This document shows positions 1 through 7,544 of a stretch of 64,000 nucleotides of DNA, piece after piece. Below the pieces are notes generated by a model. The model ran no database searches. It was given only the letters and a program-made list of their open reading frames with translations, and was not told the DNA's origin. Position 1 is the first letter of the stretch. Each line of letters starts with the position of its first letter. Position numbers and translations under genes: made by a program. Origin of the DNA: an uncultured bacterium (lineage in GTDB: Bacteria > Oederibacteriota > Muellerivitia > Muellerivitales > Muellerivitaceae); the NCBI GenBank assembly GCA_964392085.1, contig CAYMOV010000001.1, forward strand, positions 3,566 to 67,565, read 5' to 3'.

Positions 1-204
1 CAAGGGGACCGTATGGGGGAAATGGAGCCATTAGTCAGAAGGCGCGGACAACTATATCGGCGCTTTCAGACCTTGTCAATTAACCGACAACACCTCCAAA
101 GGTGCGGGTTGAACATTCAACTCTTTCGACCCAGTGACAAGGCATTCGTTCCAAACTGGATGAGGAAGCTTCACTGAATCTTTACGGTTCCAGTCCTAAA
201 AACG

Positions 205-235
205 TTGCAACCGAAAGGGATTCCTATGTTATATT
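205..235 (+). promoter_or_regulatory. Candidate sigma70-like promoter for the outer-membrane barrel gene at 317 (TTGCAA at 205-210, 18 nt, TTATAT at 229-234).
   Basis: Hexamers read directly from the sequence. GGAGG lies 9 nt upstream of the ATG at 317. Confidence 0.3.
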
Positions 236-316
236 CCCGCATGGATTTGGATGCCGCCTGCCATCCCGATCCAGCCCGCTTGACGGCGGACATTTCGGTC
301 GGGGAGGACCCTACCA

Positions 317-1300
317 ATGAAGTCGATGTTCAAAATGATCGCGCTATCCATCGCTGTTTCCTCGATGTTTGTCTCGCCCCGGTTCTCGCAGGCCGCGGCC
401 CAAGGAGATTACACAAGTGAGGTTCTAGCCATCGGCGTGGGTGCCCGTGCCTTGGGGATGGGCGGGGCCTTTGTGGGCGCCGCTTCCGATTGTACGGCCG
501 CCTATTGGAACCCGGCAGGCCTTTCCTTGATCGACAACGTGGAAATCGCCACGATCCACGCTACGAAATCCTCGATCCAGACTTACGACTTTTTCAACGT
601 GGCGTTCAATACGGGGAAGAGCGGAAGCTACGCCATCAGTTATATTCGCCTCGCGGTGGACGACATCCCGGTCACTGGACCTTCAGGCCCAACGGTTCTT
701 TCCACGACCTCCGATGTGGAACAAGTCGCGTTGCTTTCCGGCGGTTGGCGCGTCGCGAAAAAGCTGGCCCTCGGAGTCAGCCTGAAGTTCCTACGGACCG
801 ACGTTTTCACGGCGTCCGCCACGGGGTTCGGCGCTGACTTGGGCTTGATCTACAAGCCGGTCAAACAACTTGGGATCGGCTTGAGCTTCCGGGACTTCAC
901 CGGCGGATCCTATGTCCAATGGAAGAATACCCCGACCGACCCCCTCCAGAAGATCGCCCCCAGCTTCAAAATCGGGGCTTCCTACACGACTGAATTAGGG
1001 AAAAGGGTCCAAACCCCCGGGACGAAGATTCCTGTCAGCACCTTATCCGTGAATTTCGACGCGGATACCCTCTATATCAGCAAGGGGTTGAACACGTACC
1101 ACTTCGGCGCCGAATATTGGTACCGGCAGTTCGTGGCCGTTCGGGGTGGGTTCGAAACGAACGGGTTCAAGTTTGACAAGGACTCCTTCGCCCCGGCCGT
1201 CGGGATCGGGGTTTGGGTCTACCTCTTTGAGATCGATTACGCGTTCGTGAACTACGAAATCTCGCCCACCCACTACTTGTCGACCATCACCCGTTTCTAA
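317..1300 (+). CDS. FadL/PorV-superfamily outer-membrane beta-barrel protein (327 aa), paralog of 10532..11494.
   Basis: N-terminal signal peptide. Gly-rich N-terminus followed by an A-x-x-D-x-x-A-x-Y-W-N-P-A-G-L motif, which is the NPA hatch signature of the FadL/TodX/PorV superfamily. Alternating amphipathic beta-strand pattern. The protein ends in Phe, a typical OMP C-terminus. Too short for canonical FadL, so PorV/PorQ-like is more likely. Confidence 0.7.
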   Translation: MKSMFKMIALSIAVSSMFVSPRFSQAAAQGDYTSEVLAIGVGARALGMGGAFVGAASDCTAAYWNPAGLSLIDNVEIATIHATKSSIQTYDFFNVAFNTGKSGSYAISYIRLAVDDIPVTGPSGPTVLSTTSDVEQVALLSGGWRVAKKLALGVSLKFLRTDVFTASATGFGADLGLIYKPVKQLGIGLSFRDFTGGSYVQWKNTPTDPLQKIAPSFKIGASYTTELGKRVQTPGTKIPVSTLSVNFDADTLYISKGLNTYHFGAEYWYRQFVAVRGGFETNGFKFDKDSFAPAVGIGVWVYLFEIDYAFVNYEISPTHYLSTITRF

Positions 1301-1311
1301 GAACAGTTAGA

Positions 1312-1345
1312 AGGCCCCTGCCGAAAGGCAGGGGCCTTTTTTTGG
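1312..1345 (+). terminator. Rho-independent terminator after the barrel gene.
   Basis: 11-bp GC stem AGGCCCCTGCC / GGCAGGGGCCT with a GAAA loop, followed by T7. Confidence 0.75.
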
Positions 1346-1493
1346 GCCTTCATTCATCGGGACGGGTTCCCAACACCGAGCCGTTTATGATATTAGGGAG
1401 GCACCCCATCATTTAAGCCGGTTTTAGGCGTTTCGGGAAACGGTTGAAAAAGGGGAAGCTGGTTAAAAAAGCTCAAATTCATTAAAAAAAACG

Positions 1494-1521
1494 TTACCCG
1501 TAATTTGGCATCCTATATAAT
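1494..1521 (+). promoter_or_regulatory. Candidate promoter for the proline-rich protein gene (TTACCC, 16 nt, TATAAT).
   Basis: Perfect TATAAT at 1516-1521 inside an AT-rich tract upstream of 1619. Confidence 0.45.
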
Positions 1522-1618
1522 GCCTTAGTTTCAATTGGAAACCCCTACCCCCTTTCTCTTCCAGGGTTTCGAAGTCCGTTTAAGTGTTGATTCCACCCAT
1601 TCTCCTTCGAGGTACGGC

Positions 1619-4069
1619 ATGAAGCGGATTTCCCTCTTGGCCGCCTGCATCTTGACCCTTCCCGGTTTAGCCCGGGCTTATTACGCCGAATTCGTCAAGC
1701 CCTCCGCTCCGCCTCCCGTCGCCGAACAACGCCAAGATGAATTGCGGCCGATGTTCCATAAATCAACAATTTTGGGCGGACAGATCATCGCCCTGAAGGG
1801 CTCCAAAAATTCGTATTACGCGGAAAACCACATTGACGTCGGCGTCTTGGCCGGCGTCAAGTCGGGGGACATCTTCGCGGTCTATGACCCATCCGGCGAT
1901 CCGGTGGGGTTCATCCGGATCATCCAGCCGAATCGATATACCTCAACCTTTGATTTCGTGGAACTCACCATCCCCCCGTCGGAACACCTGATCGTCAAGA
2001 AAGTCCCCGCCTCGATCCAAGACAGCCTACCGGTGGGTTTGCGGGTGGAGCCCAAGCGCTTGGCCATGATCAAACATTCCGGGCCGAAACCTTCCTCGCC
2101 CGCCGTTCCGAGCGCTCCGGCGATTGGGTCTTCATCGAACGGTAATTTACCTCCCTTGCCCGGAAGCGAATCGAACGCCGCGTTGCCTCCTTTGCCGGGC
2201 TCAACGGATTCGGCCGCGTTACCTCCCTTGCCCGGTGCCGCCACCGACAACTCATTGCCTCCCTTGCCGGGTGCCGCCGGAAACGATAATTCATTGCCGC
2301 CTTTACCCGGCGCTTCGACCGACCAAACCCTTCCCCCTTTGCCGGGTTCCCCTGATTCGCAACCGGGTCTTCCTCCTTCGGGTGACTTGCCTCCGCTTCC
2401 CGGTTCGGAGCAATCCAAGGCCCCGATGCCGGAGTTGGCTTTGCCATCCTCCAAACCACCCCAGTCGATGGCGGATATCGGCGCCCTGCCTCCCCCGGAT
2501 TTTCCGTCGGGGGGTCCTGATCTTCCGCCTTTGCCGGGATCCGAAATTGGTTCGGGGACTCCTTCGGGCGGTGATATGGCGGCCTTGCCTCCGCTTCCGG
2601 GAGGCGGCCTTTCAGCCAGTCCGGCTTTGCCGGGTGAGCCTTCCGCCTCTCTTCCACCACTTTCCGGAGGCGATACGGGTGCATTGCCTCCGCCGATGAT
2701 GGAACAAGGGGCTTCCTTACCACCCTCGATGGACCTTCCCCCCGCGCCCGGTGAGCCGTTACCTCCCCCTTCAACGGGGGACTTAGCCATGCCGCCCTCG
2801 AAGGAACTCCCTCCCGCTCCTGGCGCGGAAACGAACGCTCCCGGTGCGATGGGCGACTTGGCGATGCCGTCTTCAATGGATATGCCCCCTGTGCCTGGCG
2901 AGGCGTTGCCTCCGCCTTCTTCGGGCGACTTGGCGATGCCGCCTGGGGTGGATTTGCCGCCCGCTCCCGGCTCTGCCATGCCTCCGGCTCCTTCGGGTGA
3001 TTTGGCGATGCCGCCTTCGATGGATTTGCCCTCCGCACCGGGCGAGGCGTTGCCTCCGGCTCCTTCGGGTGATTTGGCGATGCCGCCTTCGATGGATTTG
3101 CCCTCCGCACCGGGCGAGGCGTTGCCTCCGCCTTCTTCGGGCGACTTGGCGATGCCGCCTGGGATGGATTTGCCGCCCGCTCCCGGCTCTGCCATGCCTC
3201 CGGCTCCTTCGGGTGATTTGGCGATGCCGCCTTCGATGGATTTGCCCTCCGCACCGGGCGAGGCGTTGCCTCCGCCTTCTTCGGGCGACTTGGCGATGCC
3301 GCCTGGGATGGATTTACCGCCCGCTCCTGGTTCGACGACGGCTCCGGCCCCCACGGGCGACTTGGCCATGCCTCCCGGGATGGATTTGCCCCCAGCCCCG
3401 GGAGCTGAGTTGGCTCCTCCGCCTATGAACGACTTGGCGGCGCCTCCCGCCGCCTTAGGCGCCACAGCCCCTCCTCAGTTGGATTTACCGGATCTTCCAG
3501 GTTCCACTCCATCGGTGCCTTCGCCGATGTCGGGGGATTTGACCATGCCCCCTCCTGCGTCGGATATGCCGTCCGTCCCTACCGAGTTGGGAATGGCGGC
3601 CCCTCCCGCCGAGGGGATTCCTGGAATGGATTTACCTCCCGCTCCGGGTGATCAAGCCTCGCTGCCCCCGGCCCCAGCAGTGGGTTTGGGAACGATTCCT
3701 TCGATCCCCTCGGGACTGGATTTGGCTCCGCCGAGTTCGTCGGATCTCGCGGGTATGCCTCCCGCGCCGGCGGGCGACTTGACCGCGCCGCCTGCCTTGC
3801 CTGGTTCGGATATGCCGCCTTTGGCGGGGGACCTCATGGCCCCGCCGCCCGCATCACTGGGGGCGCCGCCTCCCGCTGATTTGGCGTCCCTGCCGGGATC
3901 CGGTTCGTCGGTTCCGCCCCTGCCGAGTGATTTGATTTCGGCTCCCGGGGGCTCTGCCCCGGTACTCGACAAACCCCTGGATTTGCCCTCCCTTCCGAGC
4001 GATGTCCCGCTTCGGGGGGATTCGCTCCAGGATTTGCCGACGCTTCGGAGCGGTCGCCCGAAGGCTTGA
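1619..4069 (+). CDS. Secreted proline-rich repetitive protein: about 150-aa N-terminal globular domain, then about 650 aa of LPPLPG / DLAMPPxMDLPxAPG repeats.
   Basis: The ORF track gives 1535..4069 from a TTG. The in-frame ATG at 1619 begins MKRISLLAACILTLPGLARA, a clean Sec signal peptide. The remainder is low-complexity and Pro/Leu/Gly/Asp/Ser-rich. Third-position GC bias is consistent with real coding. Confidence 0.7.
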   Translation: MKRISLLAACILTLPGLARAYYAEFVKPSAPPPVAEQRQDELRPMFHKSTILGGQIIALKGSKNSYYAENHIDVGVLAGVKSGDIFAVYDPSGDPVGFIRIIQPNRYTSTFDFVELTIPPSEHLIVKKVPASIQDSLPVGLRVEPKRLAMIKHSGPKPSSPAVPSAPAIGSSSNGNLPPLPGSESNAALPPLPGSTDSAALPPLPGAATDNSLPPLPGAAGNDNSLPPLPGASTDQTLPPLPGSPDSQPGLPPSGDLPPLPGSEQSKAPMPELALPSSKPPQSMADIGALPPPDFPSGGPDLPPLPGSEIGSGTPSGGDMAALPPLPGGGLSASPALPGEPSASLPPLSGGDTGALPPPMMEQGASLPPSMDLPPAPGEPLPPPSTGDLAMPPSKELPPAPGAETNAPGAMGDLAMPSSMDMPPVPGEALPPPSSGDLAMPPGVDLPPAPGSAMPPAPSGDLAMPPSMDLPSAPGEALPPAPSGDLAMPPSMDLPSAPGEALPPPSSGDLAMPPGMDLPPAPGSAMPPAPSGDLAMPPSMDLPSAPGEALPPPSSGDLAMPPGMDLPPAPGSTTAPAPTGDLAMPPGMDLPPAPGAELAPPPMNDLAAPPAALGATAPPQLDLPDLPGSTPSVPSPMSGDLTMPPPASDMPSVPTELGMAAPPAEGIPGMDLPPAPGDQASLPPAPAVGLGTIPSIPSGLDLAPPSSSDLAGMPPAPAGDLTAPPALPGSDMPPLAGDLMAPPPASLGAPPPADLASLPGSGSSVPPLPSDLISAPGGSAPVLDKPLDLPSLPSDVPLRGDSLQDLPTLRSGRPKA
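2903..3335 (+). repeat. Near-perfect tandem DNA repeats inside the proline-rich gene (144-bp unit 2903-3046, 72-bp half unit 3047-3118, 144-bp unit 3119-3262, partial unit from 3263).
   Basis: Identical nucleotide blocks seen directly. The 24-aa unit is SGDLAMPPSMDLPSAPGEALPPAP. Degenerate copies extend from about 2740 to 3440. Confidence 0.85.
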
Positions 4070-4097
4070 GCGCCCGTCCACAAAAACCTTTCGCATC

Positions 4098-4130
4098 GGG
4101 CCCCGGTCTTCCCGGGGCCCGTTCTGTTTG
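4098..4130 (+). terminator. Hairpin GGGCCCCGG-TCTTC-CCGGGGCCC followed by a GTTCTGTTTG tail.
   Basis: Perfect 9-bp inverted repeat read directly. The T-tract is weak. Confidence 0.5.
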
Positions 4131-4143
4131 AGGCCCCAGCGCG

Positions 4144-5298
4144 ATGCCCATCCTAATCCGTTCCTGCCTCACTTCCTTGATCGCGCCCTTTTTCCTGGCG
4201 ACGCTCTCGGTCCAGTTCTTCTTGAATCTCGCCTTTTACCTGCAGGAGTTTCTGGAGTACCTCTTGGTGAACCGGGTGGGTTGGTGGAACTCCTTCCGTC
4301 TTCTGTTGTTCATCCAACCCAGCTTCCTGGTCCTCACGCTCCCAGTGGCCTTCCTTTTCGCCCTGTTGCTGGTGATGGGACGGCTTTCCGCGGATCGGGA
4401 GTTGACGGCCCTGGAGTCCTGCGGGATATCCGGTTGGATGCTGTCGGGTCCGCTTTTGGCGGTGGGGCTGGTCTTCAGCGGGTTCATGGTCTATTTCATG
4501 GACCGGACCCTCCCCTGGGGAAACACCTCCTTCATCAAACTCCAATACGCCATCGTTTCCGAACAATCCGCCTTGGCCGTCAAGGAAAGGGTCTTCATCC
4601 GTGATTTCCCCGGGTACGAACTTTACGTGGGCCGCAAGGACGCCGGGGACAGGCTCCACAACGTCGAGGTGGCGTTGTTGGACTCGACCGGGAGCCCCGA
4701 ACGGCTGATCCTGGCCGAGGAAGGGGCCATCCGACGCGATCCTAAAACCTATAATGTCCTCTTGGAGTTGAGGACAGGCATCCTCCAGCAGGTGGGATGG
4801 GACAAGATTAAGGACCTTCCCAAGGAGAAGTTCCTCAACATGAACTTCGAAACCTGTTCCATCGACCTGGATCTCCGCCGGGCGCGTTCGGGGTTGGTGG
4901 ACACCAGCGGGGCCAATAATATCTCCGCCAAAAAACTTTATGAGCGGATCAAGCTTCGCGAATCCCGGGGGGAAAGACCCTTGGACGACGAGATCGGTCT
5001 CCAAAAGAAGTTCTCGATCCCCTTTTCGGCGTTGGCCTTCGCCCTCATTGGGGTCCCGATCGGCTACCGCAACCGGATGGGTTCCGTGGGCGGTGTGGTC
5101 CTCGCGATCCTCTTGATCCTGTGCTATTACCTGCTCCTGATGGGCGGTGAAATGCTGGCGCAGGACGGCCGGTTATCCCCGGCCTGGGCCATGTGGTCGC
5201 CGAATTTCCTGCTGGGTTCCATTGGGCTGGGCCTCTTATTTTGGGTCGTCCGAAGCCCGGTCCGTTCCTCGGCTGGGACTTTCGGGCGAAAAGGGTGA
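4144..5298 (+). CDS. LptF/LptG-family LPS export permease (YjgP/YjgQ), 384 aa.
   Basis: N-terminal TM helices, a large periplasmic loop, C-terminal TM helices, and a characteristic conserved N-terminus. Sits immediately upstream of lptD. Confidence 0.8.
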   Translation: MPILIRSCLTSLIAPFFLATLSVQFFLNLAFYLQEFLEYLLVNRVGWWNSFRLLLFIQPSFLVLTLPVAFLFALLLVMGRLSADRELTALESCGISGWMLSGPLLAVGLVFSGFMVYFMDRTLPWGNTSFIKLQYAIVSEQSALAVKERVFIRDFPGYELYVGRKDAGDRLHNVEVALLDSTGSPERLILAEEGAIRRDPKTYNVLLELRTGILQQVGWDKIKDLPKEKFLNMNFETCSIDLDLRRARSGLVDTSGANNISAKKLYERIKLRESRGERPLDDEIGLQKKFSIPFSALAFALIGVPIGYRNRMGSVGGVVLAILLILCYYLLLMGGEMLAQDGRLSPAWAMWSPNFLLGSIGLGLLFWVVRSPVRSSAGTFGRKG

Positions 5299-5356
5299 CG
5301 CCGTGACGACCCATCTCGCCCGCCGAAGGATTGGGAATCCCCGGTCTACCCTTGGA

Positions 5357-7450
5357 ATGCCTTTCGGGACATTCGCGACCCTCCTGCTCGTTTTCATTTT
5401 TGCCGCGCCGCGGGTTTCCGCTCAACCGGCCTTTGATTTAGGGTCGGGGGTGAAGTTGCAGGCCGACCGGGTCGAGTTTCTCCAGGACCAGGGCTTGATC
5501 CTCGCCCAGGGTAATGTGCACGTCCAACAGGAAGGAATCCATCTTTACGCCGACACCCTCCGGTTCGACCTGACATCGCAGCAATTGATCGCGGACGGCC
5601 ACGTCACTTGGCAACAGGACGGCCAGGAGGTTCAAGCCTCCAAAATCACCTACAACCTCGGGACCCACCGCGGGCACGCCAACGAGGTGAGGACCACCAC
5701 CCCCCCGTGGTATTTCACCGGTACGGACGTGGACCTGGAGCCGGGCTTGATCCGCTTGAGGAAGGCCCGTTTCACCACCTGCGATTACCCCACGGGATAC
5801 GAGCATTACCACCTCAGCGCGGGGACGATCCTCATCCGTACCGGCAAAAGCCTGTCAGCCCGAAACGTCGTCCTTTATATGGGTAAGGTCCCGGTCTTTT
5901 ACATCCCCTATTTCGCCAAGAACCTGAAGGATATCCGCGTCCCGTTCCAATTCGACACGGGCAGTTCCACCTATTTGGGGCGGTACGCGTTGATCACGGT
6001 CAACTATCTATTTAGCCCCACCAACTATGGTTCGGCTTACCTCGATTATTTCCAGAAAAAGGGCCTGGGTTTCGGGGTCCGACATGAGATCGAGTTGAAC
6101 AAGAATTCCGTCCTCTCACTTTACGGTTACTGGGTCCGTGAGAAAGACACCCATCAAACCCGTTGGGAGGGCCGGGTGAGGAACCTTTGGGCGGTTTCCT
6201 CGAAACTCCAGGGCCGGGTGGAGCTGGATGTCCCGGGGGACGGACTCTTCAGCCGGGACTACTCGATCGCGAGACGGGACCCCTCGCTGGTCTCCTCATT
6301 CCGCCAGTACGACACGTCCATGACCTGGAACCCCCGGGGGTTCACCTTGGGTGTTCTCCTGCGCCGTCAAGAGACGGCCTCCTATACGTCGTTAACCCAG
6401 ACTGTTTTCGATAAAAGCTACCTTGCCGCCCCCCAGGCCAACTTCAGCCTCTTCCCATTCACCATCCTGGGGTCGAAGGGTCCGAGGGCGGATTTGAGTT
6501 CGAATTTCACCCGACAATGGCTTTTGGCAAATGGGTACTACCAGCTGATCGGCTCCGCGGAGGGGGGAATCAGCCAAACCGTCAACCTGCGGAAGAGCCA
6601 GTCCCTTTATGGGCGGGTCGCACTCCAGGAGAATTACCTCAGTAAATCCGACCTGGGGGCCGATAACCATGGGGACCAACGCCATATGACCGGTCAGGCC
6701 ACTTGGACATCCAGGTGGCAAACGTTCTTGACGACCACCTTCGGGTTTAACTTCGCCCGGGCATTGTCCCACCTTCTTCCCACAGAGACCCCCCACCATG
6801 GGGTCACCCAAAAGCAATTGACCGCGTCACTGGAATATAACGCCATGCCGTTATTCCTTTCCCGGACCTCCACGACCTATGATTTCCTGGCGCAAACGGA
6901 CCACAACAACCAACGTTTTTCCCTCCTCCGGGAGGAGTTGACGGTGACGCCTTCCAAGACCTTCAACCTGGCCACGGTTGCGAACTTTTCCATCGTGGCG
7001 AAGGACCTGACGGACCTCAACCAGATCATGACCCTCCGGAGCCCCAAGGACATGTGGCGGATCAGCCTCTCGGCCAATTACGTCAACCCGGACGTCTCGT
7101 CCCAAGGGGTCACGGCCTCCGGATTGGACCGACAATTGAACATCACCACCGACATGTCCTTCGTCCTCTTCACCAATTACCGGTTGTCCGTGCTGGAATC
7201 CTATGATCTTGAGCGGGCGGTCTTCGTCAACCGGCAAGTGAGCCTTTATCGGGACCTCCACGATTGGGAGGCCCAGTTCAGCTATTCCCAGACGGAAGGG
7301 TCAGGCAGTCAAGTGTCATTCAGGTTGAACCTGAAGGCCTTCCCAGGAAGGCCCTTGACCGTCTCAAAGGAACAATTCGACCAATGGTCGGGGATGAGCA
7401 AGCAAAGCGCCGGTGAGTTGTCGCAAACAGCCGCCAGTGAGTTCCAATAG
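5357..7450 (+). CDS. lptD: LPS-assembly protein LptD (OstA) homolog, about 698 aa.
   Basis: Signal peptide MPFGTFATLLLVFIFAAPRVSA. OstA-like N-terminal domain (LQADRVEF...GNVHVQQEGIHLYADTLRFDL...), then a long beta-barrel region. The track ORF start at 5147 overlaps lptF/G and is an artefact of the open frame. Confidence 0.7.
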   Translation: MPFGTFATLLLVFIFAAPRVSAQPAFDLGSGVKLQADRVEFLQDQGLILAQGNVHVQQEGIHLYADTLRFDLTSQQLIADGHVTWQQDGQEVQASKITYNLGTHRGHANEVRTTTPPWYFTGTDVDLEPGLIRLRKARFTTCDYPTGYEHYHLSAGTILIRTGKSLSARNVVLYMGKVPVFYIPYFAKNLKDIRVPFQFDTGSSTYLGRYALITVNYLFSPTNYGSAYLDYFQKKGLGFGVRHEIELNKNSVLSLYGYWVREKDTHQTRWEGRVRNLWAVSSKLQGRVELDVPGDGLFSRDYSIARRDPSLVSSFRQYDTSMTWNPRGFTLGVLLRRQETASYTSLTQTVFDKSYLAAPQANFSLFPFTILGSKGPRADLSSNFTRQWLLANGYYQLIGSAEGGISQTVNLRKSQSLYGRVALQENYLSKSDLGADNHGDQRHMTGQATWTSRWQTFLTTTFGFNFARALSHLLPTETPHHGVTQKQLTASLEYNAMPLFLSRTSTTYDFLAQTDHNNQRFSLLREELTVTPSKTFNLATVANFSIVAKDLTDLNQIMTLRSPKDMWRISLSANYVNPDVSSQGVTASGLDRQLNITTDMSFVLFTNYRLSVLESYDLERAVFVNRQVSLYRDLHDWEAQFSYSQTEGSGSQVSFRLNLKAFPGRPLTVSKEQFDQWSGMSKQSAGELSQTAASEFQ

Positions 7451-7544
7451 GGCCGTTGGGACCCACCCGAAAGGTGACGGGTCTTGCGGTTTCCGCCCGC
7501 TTCTTCCTATAGTGAAGGTTTCACTCCCAGCCCAAGAGGCCAAA

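Noticed and set aside
1882-3465. Multiple track ORFs in other frames and strands across the proline-rich gene (1882..3465 minus, 2070..3254 minus, 2124..2699 plus, 2844..3428 plus).
   Set aside because: They are by-products of the tandemly repeated, stop-poor high-GC sequence. Only the frame with the signal peptide and coherent repeat protein is credible.
317-4069. Interpreting the PorV-like barrel plus the large secreted repeat protein as a type IX secretion cargo pair.
   Set aside because: No T9SS C-terminal sorting domain is recognisable at the repeat protein's C-terminus. No T9SS core genes are in the window. The NPA-hatch barrel fold is shared by FadL-type transporters. Kept only as an open question in the findings.
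5147-5356. N-terminal extension of the lptD ORF back to 5147 overlapping lptF/G.
   Set aside because: It overlaps the lptF/G C-terminus in another frame. The ATG at 5357 gives a canonical signal peptide directly.
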